64,000 bases of DNA from Bilabrum cf. latius. Lineage: Eukaryota. Location of the stretch: assembly GCA_965178125.1 (NCBI GenBank), contig OZ237767.1, positions 124,001-188,000 of the forward strand, written 5' to 3'. This document shows, piece by piece, positions 35,701-46,414 of the stretch (positions within the stretch are counted from its first letter, which is position 1; each line of letters begins with the position of its first letter). The notes under the pieces were generated by a model. The model did not search any database. It worked only from the letters and a program-made list of their open reading frames with translations, and was not told the DNA's origin. The position numbers and the translations under genes were made by a program.

Positions 35701-38700
35701 GGGTGCGAGCCTGGATGCAGCCGTGATGCTGGGCGCGGTTCTTCAGGCAGGGAACAAGCAGCAGAGGTCCGACGCGGCAGACGTGGCGAGGCCCGTGCTC
35801 ATGCTCGCTGGCGTGTTGTCCGGGTGCGTGGCACAGCTAGTCGATCAGAAGAAGTGGAATGCTGCTGATTCTGAAGGCGGGGCTGCGGGCGAGGGTGGGG
35901 TGGTTCCGTTCCGGGTGACCGCCGGCAGGGAAGCTCCGAGCGCCGTGGCCGGAGTGCTCCGAGGATACAACGCCAGCGTTGATGACCCGGTTGCAACCGC
36001 CAAGCAGGCGGGGCCTCTCCGCATGGCGCTGCTGGCCTCCCAGGAATTGCTGCGGGTTGCTCTGCCGCTCGCCGTGGGGAGTCGGGCGGCGGGGGAACCC
36101 GAGCTGTCGCTTCTGGCAGCGAGCGGCGTTGGTGGTCCCGCCGATCTGCTGAGGGCATGTGGGCTGCCGGTTCCACCGAGCGTGCTGGCAGGGCGCTTTT
36201 CGGGCCCTCTAGACCCCTACCTATCGGTTTGGCCCGCCGGGTCCACCGGGCAGGACCTGCAGCGATGCCTCAGGGAGTGGGTGGACGGCCGCGTGAGGTG
36301 TGTGTCACTAACTGGCGTTCTGTTTTATGCTCCGAAACAGCTGCCGGCAAGGACCTGGCCTGCACATGGAACTGGTGCGGCAGGCGTAATTGCTGGAAGA
36401 GGAGGAGGAGAAGGAGGAGGCGATGCTGCGGGGGGGCCCTCGAGTGGCCAAGGTGTCCTCGCTTCCGGGGGGCGCGCTCGAGAGCCACAGGCGGGTGCAG
36501 CGGACGATGCCGAACAAGATCCAACGATTGCACCCGGCGCTTCACCCTCCACTGGATCAGCGAGCGGGCGCAGCAAGACTGCTTCGAATGAGCGCGCACC
36601 GTCTTCGGCACCGAAGCAGCGCCACATTGGCACCGCCCAGAGGAGGGTTGCCCGCGCCAGCCTGAGGTACGTATCCATCGACGGCGCCAATGTATTCGAG
36701 AGGGCCAGGCATGGCTATGTGACGAGTGCGGCAGGGGGACGCTCAGGTGGGGGTGGCAAAGTTCCGTTCGTCGATCCCAAGTGGCGGCTGCCCCTGACGG
36801 AGAGGCAGAGGGCAGTGGCACTGGTAGCGGTCAAGGCGGACGCGAAAGGCGCCGAGGGACTGTTGTCTGCGGTGGCCGTGCTTGCAGAGCGAGGGGTGCA
36901 GTGCACTGTGCTGCTGCCACAGGCCCTGCACGATCGTCTGGTGGGGTACAGGAATCAACTCGCACAGCCACAGGCTACATCTGGCGGTGATTCGAAATCA
37001 ACGCAAGAGAAGGAAACGACAAGTCCCGCAGTGAATAGCGTAAAAGCCGTTGCACGGTCATCATCTAACGCTGCAGCGAGTGAAATCGCCACGATCAGCA
37101 CTTTGCTGTCTCTTGACTGCCTGTCTGTGGTGCCTGCTGGGCAGTACGATGACCTGTACGTCATTGCGGATGCGCTCCGGCAGGACGGCTGCGTGCTCTC
37201 CAACGACAGGATGTCGGACACGATCGCAAGCGCAGGCAGGCACGGGAAGAGAGCGAGCGGTGGAAGAGACAGAGGCAGAGGCAGAGGAAAAGGCAGGGGC
37301 TCGGGACGTGGCCGCCGTGCTCACCGCCACACGACCAGGCGCGAGGCAGGCGGGAGCCGGGACGATGAGGACGCACGCAGGGCGGCAAGAATGTGGGTTA
37401 CCGCTCATAGGATCCCGTTCTCATTCTCTAGCGTGGTCAAAGCCGCAGTTTCAGGCGGTCAAACCCGTGATAGCGGCGCAGCAGCAGCAGGGCTTGGCTC
37501 GCGATTGGTTCGGGTTGTCCAGCTCCAGATGGCCCCGGATTTCAGACCGCCCGCACCTCTCAGCGGTCCATCCCGGGCTGCGATCTGCAGGGCGCTGTGG
37601 GGTAGTGACGCAGTACCCGTGCTAGGGCCTGACGAAGAGGGCGCTGGGGATTAGCCCAGAGGCCCCCTCTTGCCCGCCAAGAAGCCCACCGATGGATCCA
37701 CCGGTGGATTCGCCGGGCGGGCTCTGTCATCAGCAGCAGCTGCTGGCGCAACTGCTGGCACAAGTCGCGCCGCCGCCGCCGACAAGCATGGTGCAGCAGC
37801 TCCCGCTGGAAACCGGACGCCGTGGGCCAAGGCTGCCTCTCATGCGGCTGCGGGTCACGTGGGTCCCCCGGCCCGACCCCAGCTCAGGGCGGCACCGCTG
37901 GAAGCACCGCAGCCAGCCAAGAGAGACGCATCCAACCCTACCGGCTGGGAATCCACCGGTGGATCGGGTGCTGCCTCGGCGGGCGATGGTACCGGTGGGC
38001 AGATTGCTGCCATCCGGGAGCGGCTGCTTGGCGCAGGTGCCACTCCGCAACTGGCTGCCCCAAGCGAGGCTCTGCACCCTTCTGCTCTCGCTCATGACGT
38101 GGCGTAGGGAGTCCCTGATGGCTTGGCTGGGGCAGGCAGCGATGCCGGTGCATCTTCGCCTGGTTCGCCTGGAGGTCACACGGCTGCATCTGGCGCAGGC
38201 ATCACAGCCCCGCCAGGCCCTTAGAGAGCGCTCGGGGCGGGGGCCCATCTGTCGGGTGCATTGCACGGCGATGACGCCTATTCGGCTGCATACGCCTACC
38301 ACGAGACGGTTGACCAGTGGGCCAGCGGGGTGCTTAACCTGGGCTAGTGGGCGCCATCGCCGGGTGTCACTGGAGCTTCTGCAGGTGACGGTGGTCAGAC
38401 GGTCGGTCCTGGTCCCGACGACGAAGACCCGGCGCAGCACGAGTCTCTGGATGGCGAGATCGATGGAGATGATGGAGCCGATGAGCATGATGAGTATGGT
38501 TACGGCGATCCCGAGCCAGAGTATGCTGGCGGGGCTCTCTACGGCACGATGTCCCAAGGGCACCCAGGGCTGAGCATGGCTTCGATTAACGCGTCCGCTG
38601 TCGCTGCTGGGGCGGGCCCATGGGGAGCACATGGTGGTGGGGCTTTCTCGCCATAGATGGCCGAGTTTGCCCAGTACCAGCAGCAGGCATTCCAGCAGTT

Positions 38701-39175
38701 TCTGGCCCAGCAGCAGGCCTCGTTCCACGGTGGGCCTGGGATGGGTATCGGTATCGGAATGGGTGGAACTGGCATGGGTGGGCCTGGCATGGGTGGGCCT
38801 GGCATGGGTGGGCCTGGCATGGGTGGGCCTGGCATGGGTGGGCCTGGCATGGGTGGGCCTGGCATGGGTGGGCCTGGCATGGGTGGGCCTGGCATGGGTG
38901 GGCCTGGCATGGGTGGGCCTGGCATGGGTGGGCCTACTATGGGTGGGCCTGGCATGGGTGGGCCTGGCATGGGTGGGCCTGGCATGGGTGGGCCTGGCAT
39001 GGGTGGGCCTGGCATGGGTAGGTCCAATCAGTTCCAGCAAACCAACCCTGGTATGGAATCCTCTGGTTTAGCTAGTGACGGCAGAGGAGGTTTTTTCCTC
39101 GGTGATTCGGGTGCTAGCGTGCTACAGCCGGCCATGCCGTTCACAGGTCAAGCGAATGCTAACCCCGACGGTTAA
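32717..39175 (+). CDS. Large (~2152 aa) protein with an NYN/Zc3h12a (Regnase/N4BP1-like PIN) ribonuclease domain and a C-terminal GGPGM repeat; single frame with 14 in-frame TAGs
   Basis: LRYVSIDGANV...GLLSAVAVLAERG...VPAGQYDDLYVIADA...GCVLSNDRMSD...HRIPFSF (about 36660-37430). Eight supplied ORFs share a frame with no TAA/TGA over 6.4 kb. Terminal TAA. Confidence 0.8.
38759..39019 (+). repeat. Coding 15-bp tandem repeat (ggcatgggtgggcct, MGGPG), about 17 copies
   Basis: Directly visible near-perfect repeat. Confidence 0.95.
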
Positions 39176-39419
39176 CTATTTTCATGGAGACGGTCGTTGA
39201 AGAATCCTGGGATAGCTTCCGAGACTAGGCTTTGCCATGCCTGCTTATCCACTCTGATTCACACCCGCAGTCACTTACAAATCCTTGGGCTGTGTCCAGC
39301 CCAGGGGTCCTGCCGTTTGATCTACATTAGGCTACAGTTATCTAAGGTCTCAAGCAGTCCTGGTCTCGGGTGCCAAAATCGTTAACAGCGTTAACCAGTT
39401 AAGCCCTGATAACGCGATT

Positions 39420-39515
39420 ACGATGGTCGTGTGCCCCGATGACGACCATCGTTACAAAACTGCAACCTAGGCCTGCAGCCGCAATAGCCATACGCTAGGC
39501 CTAGGTTGCAGTTTT
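39420..39515. other. Two adjacent perfect inverted repeats (11-bp and 19-bp stems)
   Basis: acgatggtcgt (39420-39430) pairs with acgaccatcgt (39442-39452). aaaactgcaacctaggcct (39456-39474) pairs with aggcctaggttgcagtttt (39497-39515). Confidence 0.85.
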
Positions 39516-40028
39516 CGGCGTGAATGACCGCTCGATGGACTGGGGCTTCTTGGGCTTGTCTGCGGCAGACAGTCTGCCCCCAGGGAGCTTCCAGCTGCAC
39601 CTTTCATAAGCTGCTTGGCAGCTGTCACTTCTTTGCGGTCCTTCCTGCCCCGCTCGTACGCATCAGGTGGCTAAATGATTCGTAGGGTCCCCGCGTGCAG
39701 AACGTAGACAATGCCAGGGCAGGAGCTCAGAATGCATCATCCGTAGTTCTCGATGAGCCATACTGCACCAAAGTAGCGGGAAACCTCGGTCTCACCGAGT
39801 GCTTTCGTGATCTTGATGCCCAGGGCCTTGATCTTGTCGAGGATTCCACCAGGTTGTATCGCCTGCACACCATGCACGTATGCAGGAGCTTGTCAGCTGG
39901 GATAAAGTTGAACATTACAGCCGCCGCCATCTTGGGGGTGATAGTCATGCTTCTTCCGTTTTCTCGTTCGGCATGGTTTTCGCCAGCGTTGCCAACCAGT
40001 GGCGAGCCGTACTTTCACCCCGTGAGAG

Positions 40029-40450
40029 AAACTGGCGAACGCTGCCCCTCAGCGCCCGAATAGCACGCGGCTTGATTGCCGCTCGAGTCTAATTGTGACC
40101 TCTCAACTTCCACATCCGCATGTGGTCGGTGATCCGATCCCCCTGATCCGAGTCACTCGTCACACATGCCCAACCCACACCTGCCCGGCCTGTGCCTCCC
40201 CCTTCCTATCCGCCTCATCAACCCAATGACCCCACCGATCATCTTCTCTTCCACCATTTCCTCCCCCGTTCCGGTGAACCGTCGTCCCCCCCTCCCTTTG
40301 CTCTACCCTCCCCCCCCTAGCTGCCCTCTCTCTCTCTCTCTCTCTCTCGCACTCCTCCGCATCGCTACGTCGCATCTGAGCCTGCTCCTCGAGCGGGTCC
40401 TGCGCCCACCGAGCGACCTCAATCTCAGAGACCTTGCTGGCCTCACCAAC
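40029..40450 (+). repeat. Left copy of a ~420-460-bp diverged inverted repeat (partner at 44720-45180)
   Basis: aaactggcga...cccctcagcgccc.aatagcacgcggcttgattgccgctcgagtctaattgtgacctctcaacttccacatccgcatgtg is the reverse complement of about 45085-45180. Similarity continues to gcctcaccaa. Confidence 0.9.
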
Positions 40451-41524
40451 TATTTGTCCCTGAGGCAAATGTCCACAATCTGGGTGAACGAACGGAATAT
40501 CCCCTCCAAGCACTTGAAACCCGTGATGCAAGCTTGATATTGTTGCTTGCTGCATAGTCAGAGTAGGGTAGTGCACCTGCAAGAGGGTTAAGTTCATCGA
40601 GGTGGCGCGTGCCATCCAGCTGGCTCTTTGGCAATCTCTTGGCTAGCACACTGATTCCTTGTGCGCCCATGTAACTCAGTTGAGTCATCTATGCTATGGT
40701 TGAGCTCTTTCCGAGCTCGCTTGGTCCTCCTACCCATGTGCTTCCTTCCTGCGTGCCGAGCAAAATCCAATCTGAGGCATCTCGTTCCCGCCTACGCAGT
40801 GCTAATTGACACATAAACACCAAAATCGAAGTTATACAACATACAAATATACCACCCACTTAATTTAAGGCCTACTTCCTTGGTTTTGTGTGGGGAAAAT
40901 TAGATTAGGCTTATTGGAAACCTGCGAGCACGCCGAAATTCATACCAGTTCAGCCAATATGGCGCGTGGTAACTAGCAGCAACCCTCGTGGACTCCAGCC
41001 TCATCCTATCCAAACTTTGGATCTGCTAACCTACAACTCTCGCACATGCATTCAAACTTCAAATCGCCTGCACAAACGCCGCACCGCCATTCTCCACCCA
41101 TCGCGACCGCCGCGCCAGCTCACTAGTCTACACTCTACTCACTACACCTGACCCCGACCGCACGCTCCTTCGCCCGATGCGTCACATTTGTTGTAGTTCC
41201 TCAAATAGCGTCCAACGCGCGATCTCAGAGACCACATTGGCCTTACCAACATATGAGTAGGATCTCAAGTGATAGATCGGAGGACAAAACATCATGATTG
41301 TACTCTACAACTAAGGTATAAAGTAAGCTTGTGATGTTAAATTGTTGAAGGATGCGTAAGCGGTGAGACCAGAGGGGGAAAACGTGTGGGATTCGGACCG
41401 ACAGGGCCTAGCGGGAGATGACTAGTCACCCTAGGTGCCAATGGGTGGAGGGCCATTAGTGGGTGGACACACTGTGACAGTCAAGATTCTTTCACTTTCG
41501 TGTTCATCGCAGCCAGAGGCCAAC

Positions 41525-44500
41525 ATGATCTCTGAAGATGGAATACTTCCAACTCAAATAAATCCTATGAGGGTAAATAAAACCAATACTGTTGCGCCAG
41601 ACACTAGGGTACCTGTAGCTGAGAGGGCGGGGAAACGTCCAAATATCGTTGGCTGCCTTGCCGTGATCGTTTCTGGGCTGCTCATGGCTGCCATTGCCAC
41701 TGCAATAGCTATTTCTGTAGGTTCAAATGAGAACGCTTCAATTGGTCTCGATTAGGAAGAAGAGACAAGTCTGACGGGCTCCCAGCTGCAAAATGCATCC
41801 TGCCCGTCAACAGCGGATCGAGCTTCCAAGTCTATAATGTACAGCGCATACGTGCGTGTGCAGTACACAATTGAAGGCAATACTACTGGATGCAACGATA
41901 GCGTTGTAATTGCAAACGCCAGCGCAATATCCTACGAGGTACCAGAAGACCGGATTCTTGTCCAGTTCACCCATGGCACTACTAGTATGTCGCGTGTGTT
42001 ACGAGCGCCTCGTCGAGCTCAGGAAGGTGCAGACGCAAATCTCCGCATGATCTAGTATATCCTTGCCACTGATCAAGATGAAGCTTTCGCTATTCGCGAG
42101 CGTGTACAAACCGTAATTCAGGATGGCACAATCGCAGAAGCATTAGCACGAGTCCTACCAGGAACCACATTCCGAGGGACAAACGACGAAGGCAAACTGG
42201 ATATTACAAACGGGACGGTAGTAAACAACTTATCAGATTCACCACGTGCCATATCGAGTCCCAACAGCTCAAAATCGCCCAACGTCACGGCCAGCCCCAG
42301 CCCCACGCCCAGCCCCAGCTACAGCAACAGCCCCACGCCCAGCGTCACGGCCAGCCCCAGCTTCAGCAACAGCCCCACGCCCAGCGTCATGGCAAGACCA
42401 AGCGTCACGGCCAGCCCCAGCTTCAGCAACAGCCCCACGCCCAGCGTCACGGCCAGCCCCAGCTTCAGCAACAGCCCCACGCCCAGCGTCACGGCCAGCC
42501 CCAGCTTCAGCAACAGCCCCACGCCCAGCGTCACGGCCAGCCCCAGCTTCAGCAACAGCCCCACGCCCAGCGTCACGGCCAGCCCCAGCTTCAGCAACAG
42601 CCCCACGCCCAGCGTCACGGCCAGCCCCAGCTTCAGCAACAGCCCCACGCCCAGCGTCACGGCCAGCCCCACGCCCAGCGTCACGGCCAGCCCCAGCGTC
42701 ACGGCCAGCCCCACGCCCAGCGTCACGGCCAGCCCCAGCTTCAGCAACAGCCCCACGCCCAGCGTCACGGCCAGCCCCAGCTTCAGCAACAGCCCCACGC
42801 CCAGCGTCACGGCCAGCCCCAGCTTCAGCAACAGCCCCACGCCCAGCGTCACGGCCAGCCCCAGCTTCAGCAACAGCCCCACGCCCAGCGTCACGGCCAG
42901 CCCCAGCTTCAGCAACAGCCCCACGCCCAGCGTCACGGCCAGCCCCACGCCCAGCGTCACGGCCAGCCCCAGCTTCAGCAACAGCCCCACGCCCAGCGTC
43001 ACGGCCAGCCCCAGCTTCAGCAACAGCCCCACGCCCAGCGTCACGGCCAGCCCCAGCTTCAGCAACAGCCCCACGCCCAGCGTCACGGCTAGCCCCAGCT
43101 TCAGCAACAGCCCCACGCCCAGCGTCACGGCCAGCCCCAGCTTCAGCAACAGCCCCGCGCCCAGCGTCACGGCCAGCCCCAGCTTCAGCAACAGCCCCAC
43201 GCCCAGCGTCACGGCCAGCCCCACGCCCAGCGTCACGGCCAGCCCCAGCTTCAGCAACAGCCCCACGCCCAGCGTCACGGCTAGCCCCAGCTTCAGCAAC
43301 AGCCCCACGCCCAGCGTCACGGCCAGCCCCAGCTTCAGCAACAGCCCCACGCCCAGCGTCACGGCCAGCCCCAGCTTCAGCAACAGCCCCACGCCCAGCG
43401 TCACGGCCAGCCCCAGCTTCAGCAACAGCCCCACGCCCAGCGTCACGGCCAGCCCCAGCTTCAGCAACAGCCCCACGCCCAGCGTCACGGCCAGCCCCAC
43501 GCCCAGCGTCACGCCCAGCCCCACGCCCAGCGTCACGGCCAGCCCCAGCTTCAGCAACAGCCCCACGCCCAGCGTCACGGCCAGCCCCAGCTACAGCAAC
43601 AGCCCCACGCCCAGCGTCACGGCCAGCCCCAGCTTCAGCAACAGCCCCACGCCCAGCGTCACGGCCAGCCCCAGCTTCAGCAACAGCCCCACGCCCAGCG
43701 TCACGGCCAGCCCCAGCTTCAGCAACAGCCCCACGCCCAGCGTCACGGCCAGCCCCAGCTTCAGCAACAGCCCCACGCCCAGCGTCACGGCCAGCCCCAG
43801 CTTCAGCAACAGCCCCACGCCCAGCGTCACGGCCAGCCCCAGCTTCAGCAACAGCCCCACGCCCAGCGTCACGGCCAGCCCCACGCCCAGCGTCACGGCC
43901 AGCCCCAGCTTCAGCAACAGCCCCACGCCCAGCGTCACGGCCAGCCCCAGCTTCAGCAACAGCCCCACGCCCAGCGTCACGGCCAGCCCCAGCTTCAGCA
44001 ACAGCCCCACGCCCAGCGTCACGGCCAGCCCCAGCTTCAGCAACAGCCCCACGCCCAGCGTCACGGCCAGCCCCACGCCGAGCGTCACGGCCAGCCCCAG
44101 CTTCAGCAACAGCCCCACGCCCAGCGTCACGGCCAGCCCCAGCTTCAGCAACAGCCCCACGCCCAGCGTCACGGCCAGCCCCAGCTTCAGCAACAGCCCC
44201 ACGCCCAGCGTCACGGCCAGCCCCAGCTTCAGCAACAGCCCCACGCCCAGCGTCACGGCCAGCCCCAGCTTCAGCAACAGCCCCACGCCCAGCGTCACGG
44301 CCAGCCCCAGCTTCAGCAACAGCCCCACGCCCAGCGTCACGGCCAGCCCCAGCTTCAGCAACAGCCCCACGCCCAGCGTCACGGCCAGCCCCAGCTTCAG
44401 CAACAGCCCCACGCCCAGCGTCACGGCCAGCCCCAGCTTCAGCAACAGCCCCACGCCCAGCGTCACGGCCAGCCCCAGCTTCAGCAACAGCCCCACGCCC

Positions 44501-44716
44501 AGCGTCACGGCCAGCCCCAGCTTCAGCAACAGCCCCACGCCCAGCTTCAGCAACAGCCCCACGCCCAGCTTCAGCAACAGCCCCACGCCCAGCGTCACGG
44601 CCAGCCCCAGCTTCAGCAACAGCCCCACGCCCAGCGTCACGGCCAGTCCCAGCTTCAGCAACAGCCCCACGCCCAGCGTCACGGCCAGCCCCAGCTTCAG
44701 CAACAGCCCCAATTAA
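41525..44716 (+). CDS. Type II membrane mucin-like protein (~1063 aa): TM helix, small extracellular domain, ~2.4-kb Ser/Thr/Pro stalk; two in-frame TAGs (41753, 42053); possibly 3'-truncated
   Basis: IVGCLAVIVSGLLMAAIATAIAISV TM segment. The frame continues across TAGs into the SVTASPSFSNSPTP array. TAA follows the last repeat immediately. Confidence 0.75.
42283..44710 (+). repeat. Coding minisatellite, 42-bp unit (SVTASPSFSNSPTP) with 24-bp variants, ~2.4 kb, nearly homogeneous
   Basis: agcgtcacggccagccccagcttcagcaacagccccacgccc repeated more than 50 times. Confidence 0.95.
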
Positions 44717-44719
44717 GTT

Positions 44720-45180
44720 TGTCTTTGGTGAGGCTATCAATTGCTTTGATATGTAGGACGCGCGGTTTGTGCAGGACCCCTTCGAGGTGTAGGCTCATGT
44801 GCGACGTAGCGATGCGAAGGAGCAAGTTAGAGAGCGCGGCTAGGGTGGAAAGTACAGGAGCGTCGCTGGTGGGCGAAGGGAGGAGGATGGAGCAGGCTCA
44901 GCAGTGGGAGATGTTCTATGGTTCACTGGAAAGGGGGAGGTAGTAGTGGAGGAGAAGATGATCCGGATCGGTGGGGTCATCGGGTCGATACGTTGGATTG
45001 GAATGGGGGGGTACAGGCCGGGCAGGTGGGGGTTTGGGTATATGTATGACGAGTGATTCGGATCAGGGGATCGGATCACCCAAGCACATGCGGATGTGGA
45101 AGTTGAGAGGTCACAATTAGACTCGAGCGGCAATCAAGCCGCGTGCTATTTGGGCGCTGAGGGGCAGTACTCGCCAGTTT
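44720..45180 (-). repeat. Right (inverted) copy of the 40029-40450 element
   Basis: The reverse complement aligns with 40029-40450, near-identical at the outer end. A further short fragment lies at about 45256-45284. Confidence 0.9.
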
Positions 45181-45921
45181 TTGTTATACGAACCCCTTGC
45201 TATACCATGGATTCAAGTAAGGCATCGTAACTCCGCACCAAACGGAAAAATCTGAGTTGGTGAGGCCAGCAAGGTCTCCGATTGTACTCCGCACTGAGAT
45301 ATCCGGATCCGAATCAAACCTACCTACGTTTTGCAGCTCCGGAAATTGGTAACCATTACCATTGGCCCATTACCACGGCCTGCTTGCCGCGGCCACGAGC
45401 CCGCCGTCCTCTGTCGCGTTCGTCCTCCAGATCAATCACGACCAGCAAGCCCGCATCGTCCGTGCTGCCTCACTCACGTTCACCTTGGCTCCCGCCCTCA
45501 GCCACCACGTGTGTGCGTGCACGCTGACCATCCTGCCCACTCACACGCTGCCCCAGGCAGCCCTTTGGTACTCGCTCGTCATCGCTCGTCCCCCCCGGCT
45601 GATCTGGATCTCCAGTCTTCAGTCTGAGTGGTACGGCGAGTGTTAAAGTCACCCCTTCACGTTGTCACACCCACTCTCGGTGCCAACCTTCCTGTCAGCC
45701 TGTCCACCACCGGATTTGCTGCTCAAGACCACCTCACTGCTTCCGTACCTGCCCTGCCCCAGCGCTGCCAGCCGCCTCGACTGAGCTCGCCACGAGCGTT
45801 AAACCTGTCTACCACCAATTCGGATCTACCCGCCTGCACCCGCCTAGTCTGCACCAGCAGACTGTACCGTTACCCTGCCAAAGAGCACTCAGCGTCGATC
45901 ACATACCTGAGCCTCCAACCG

Positions 45922-46159
45922 TGGACCTGGCATGGGTGGACCTGGCATGGGTGGAACTGGTATGATTGATGGAATTGGCCTGAGTGGGCCTGGCATGGCT
46001 GGGCCCGCCCAGTCCCAGCAAACCAATCATGGCAGGGACTCGTCTGGTCCAGCTAGTGGCGGTAGGGGAGTTTTATGTCTCGGTGAGTCGGGTGCTAGCG
46101 TGCTGCAGCCGGCCATGCTCTTCACAGGTCAAGCGAAGGCCGACCACAATGGGCAATGA
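45922..46159 (+). pseudogene. Diverged duplicate of the 3' end of the NYN-domain gene (about 38730-39175)
   Basis: GMGGPGMGGTG...QQTNHGRDSSGPASGGRGVLCLGESGASVLQPAMLFTGQAKADHNGQ* versus QQTNPGMESSGLASDGRGGFFLGDSGASVLQPAMPFTGQANANPDG*. Confidence 0.85.
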
Positions 46160-46414
46160 TTTCGGTAAAAATTAGATCTATTTAGCCGTTAACCAGTAGA
46201 CTATCCGGATTGGGCTGTGTGAATTTGGTCGTTGATCCGCTGATCCGGATAGATCTGGAAGAGTTGCTATTCCGTGTGCAGGACTAAACAGGTTCCAAGA
46301 TACGGATAGTCTATCCAATTGTCCAATTGGATAGCAGGCCAAATGGTTTTTGTTAATCACTCAGACCGGATTGTTATCTCGTTAGGCTAGCCTATGATAG
46401 CTATCACGTGACAC

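Noticed and set aside
39600-41400. Transposase, reverse transcriptase or virophage genes within the rearranged block
   Set aside because: I could not recognise DDE, RT, tyrosine recombinase or capsid motifs in the frames I read; ORFs are short even with TAG read through.
42246-44756. Long alternative-frame and antisense ORFs over the repeat (PRPASRPAP, GAGRDAGR, LGVGLLLK)
   Set aside because: They are shadows of a stop-free 42-bp repeat. Only the Ser/Thr/Pro frame connects to the upstream TM exon.
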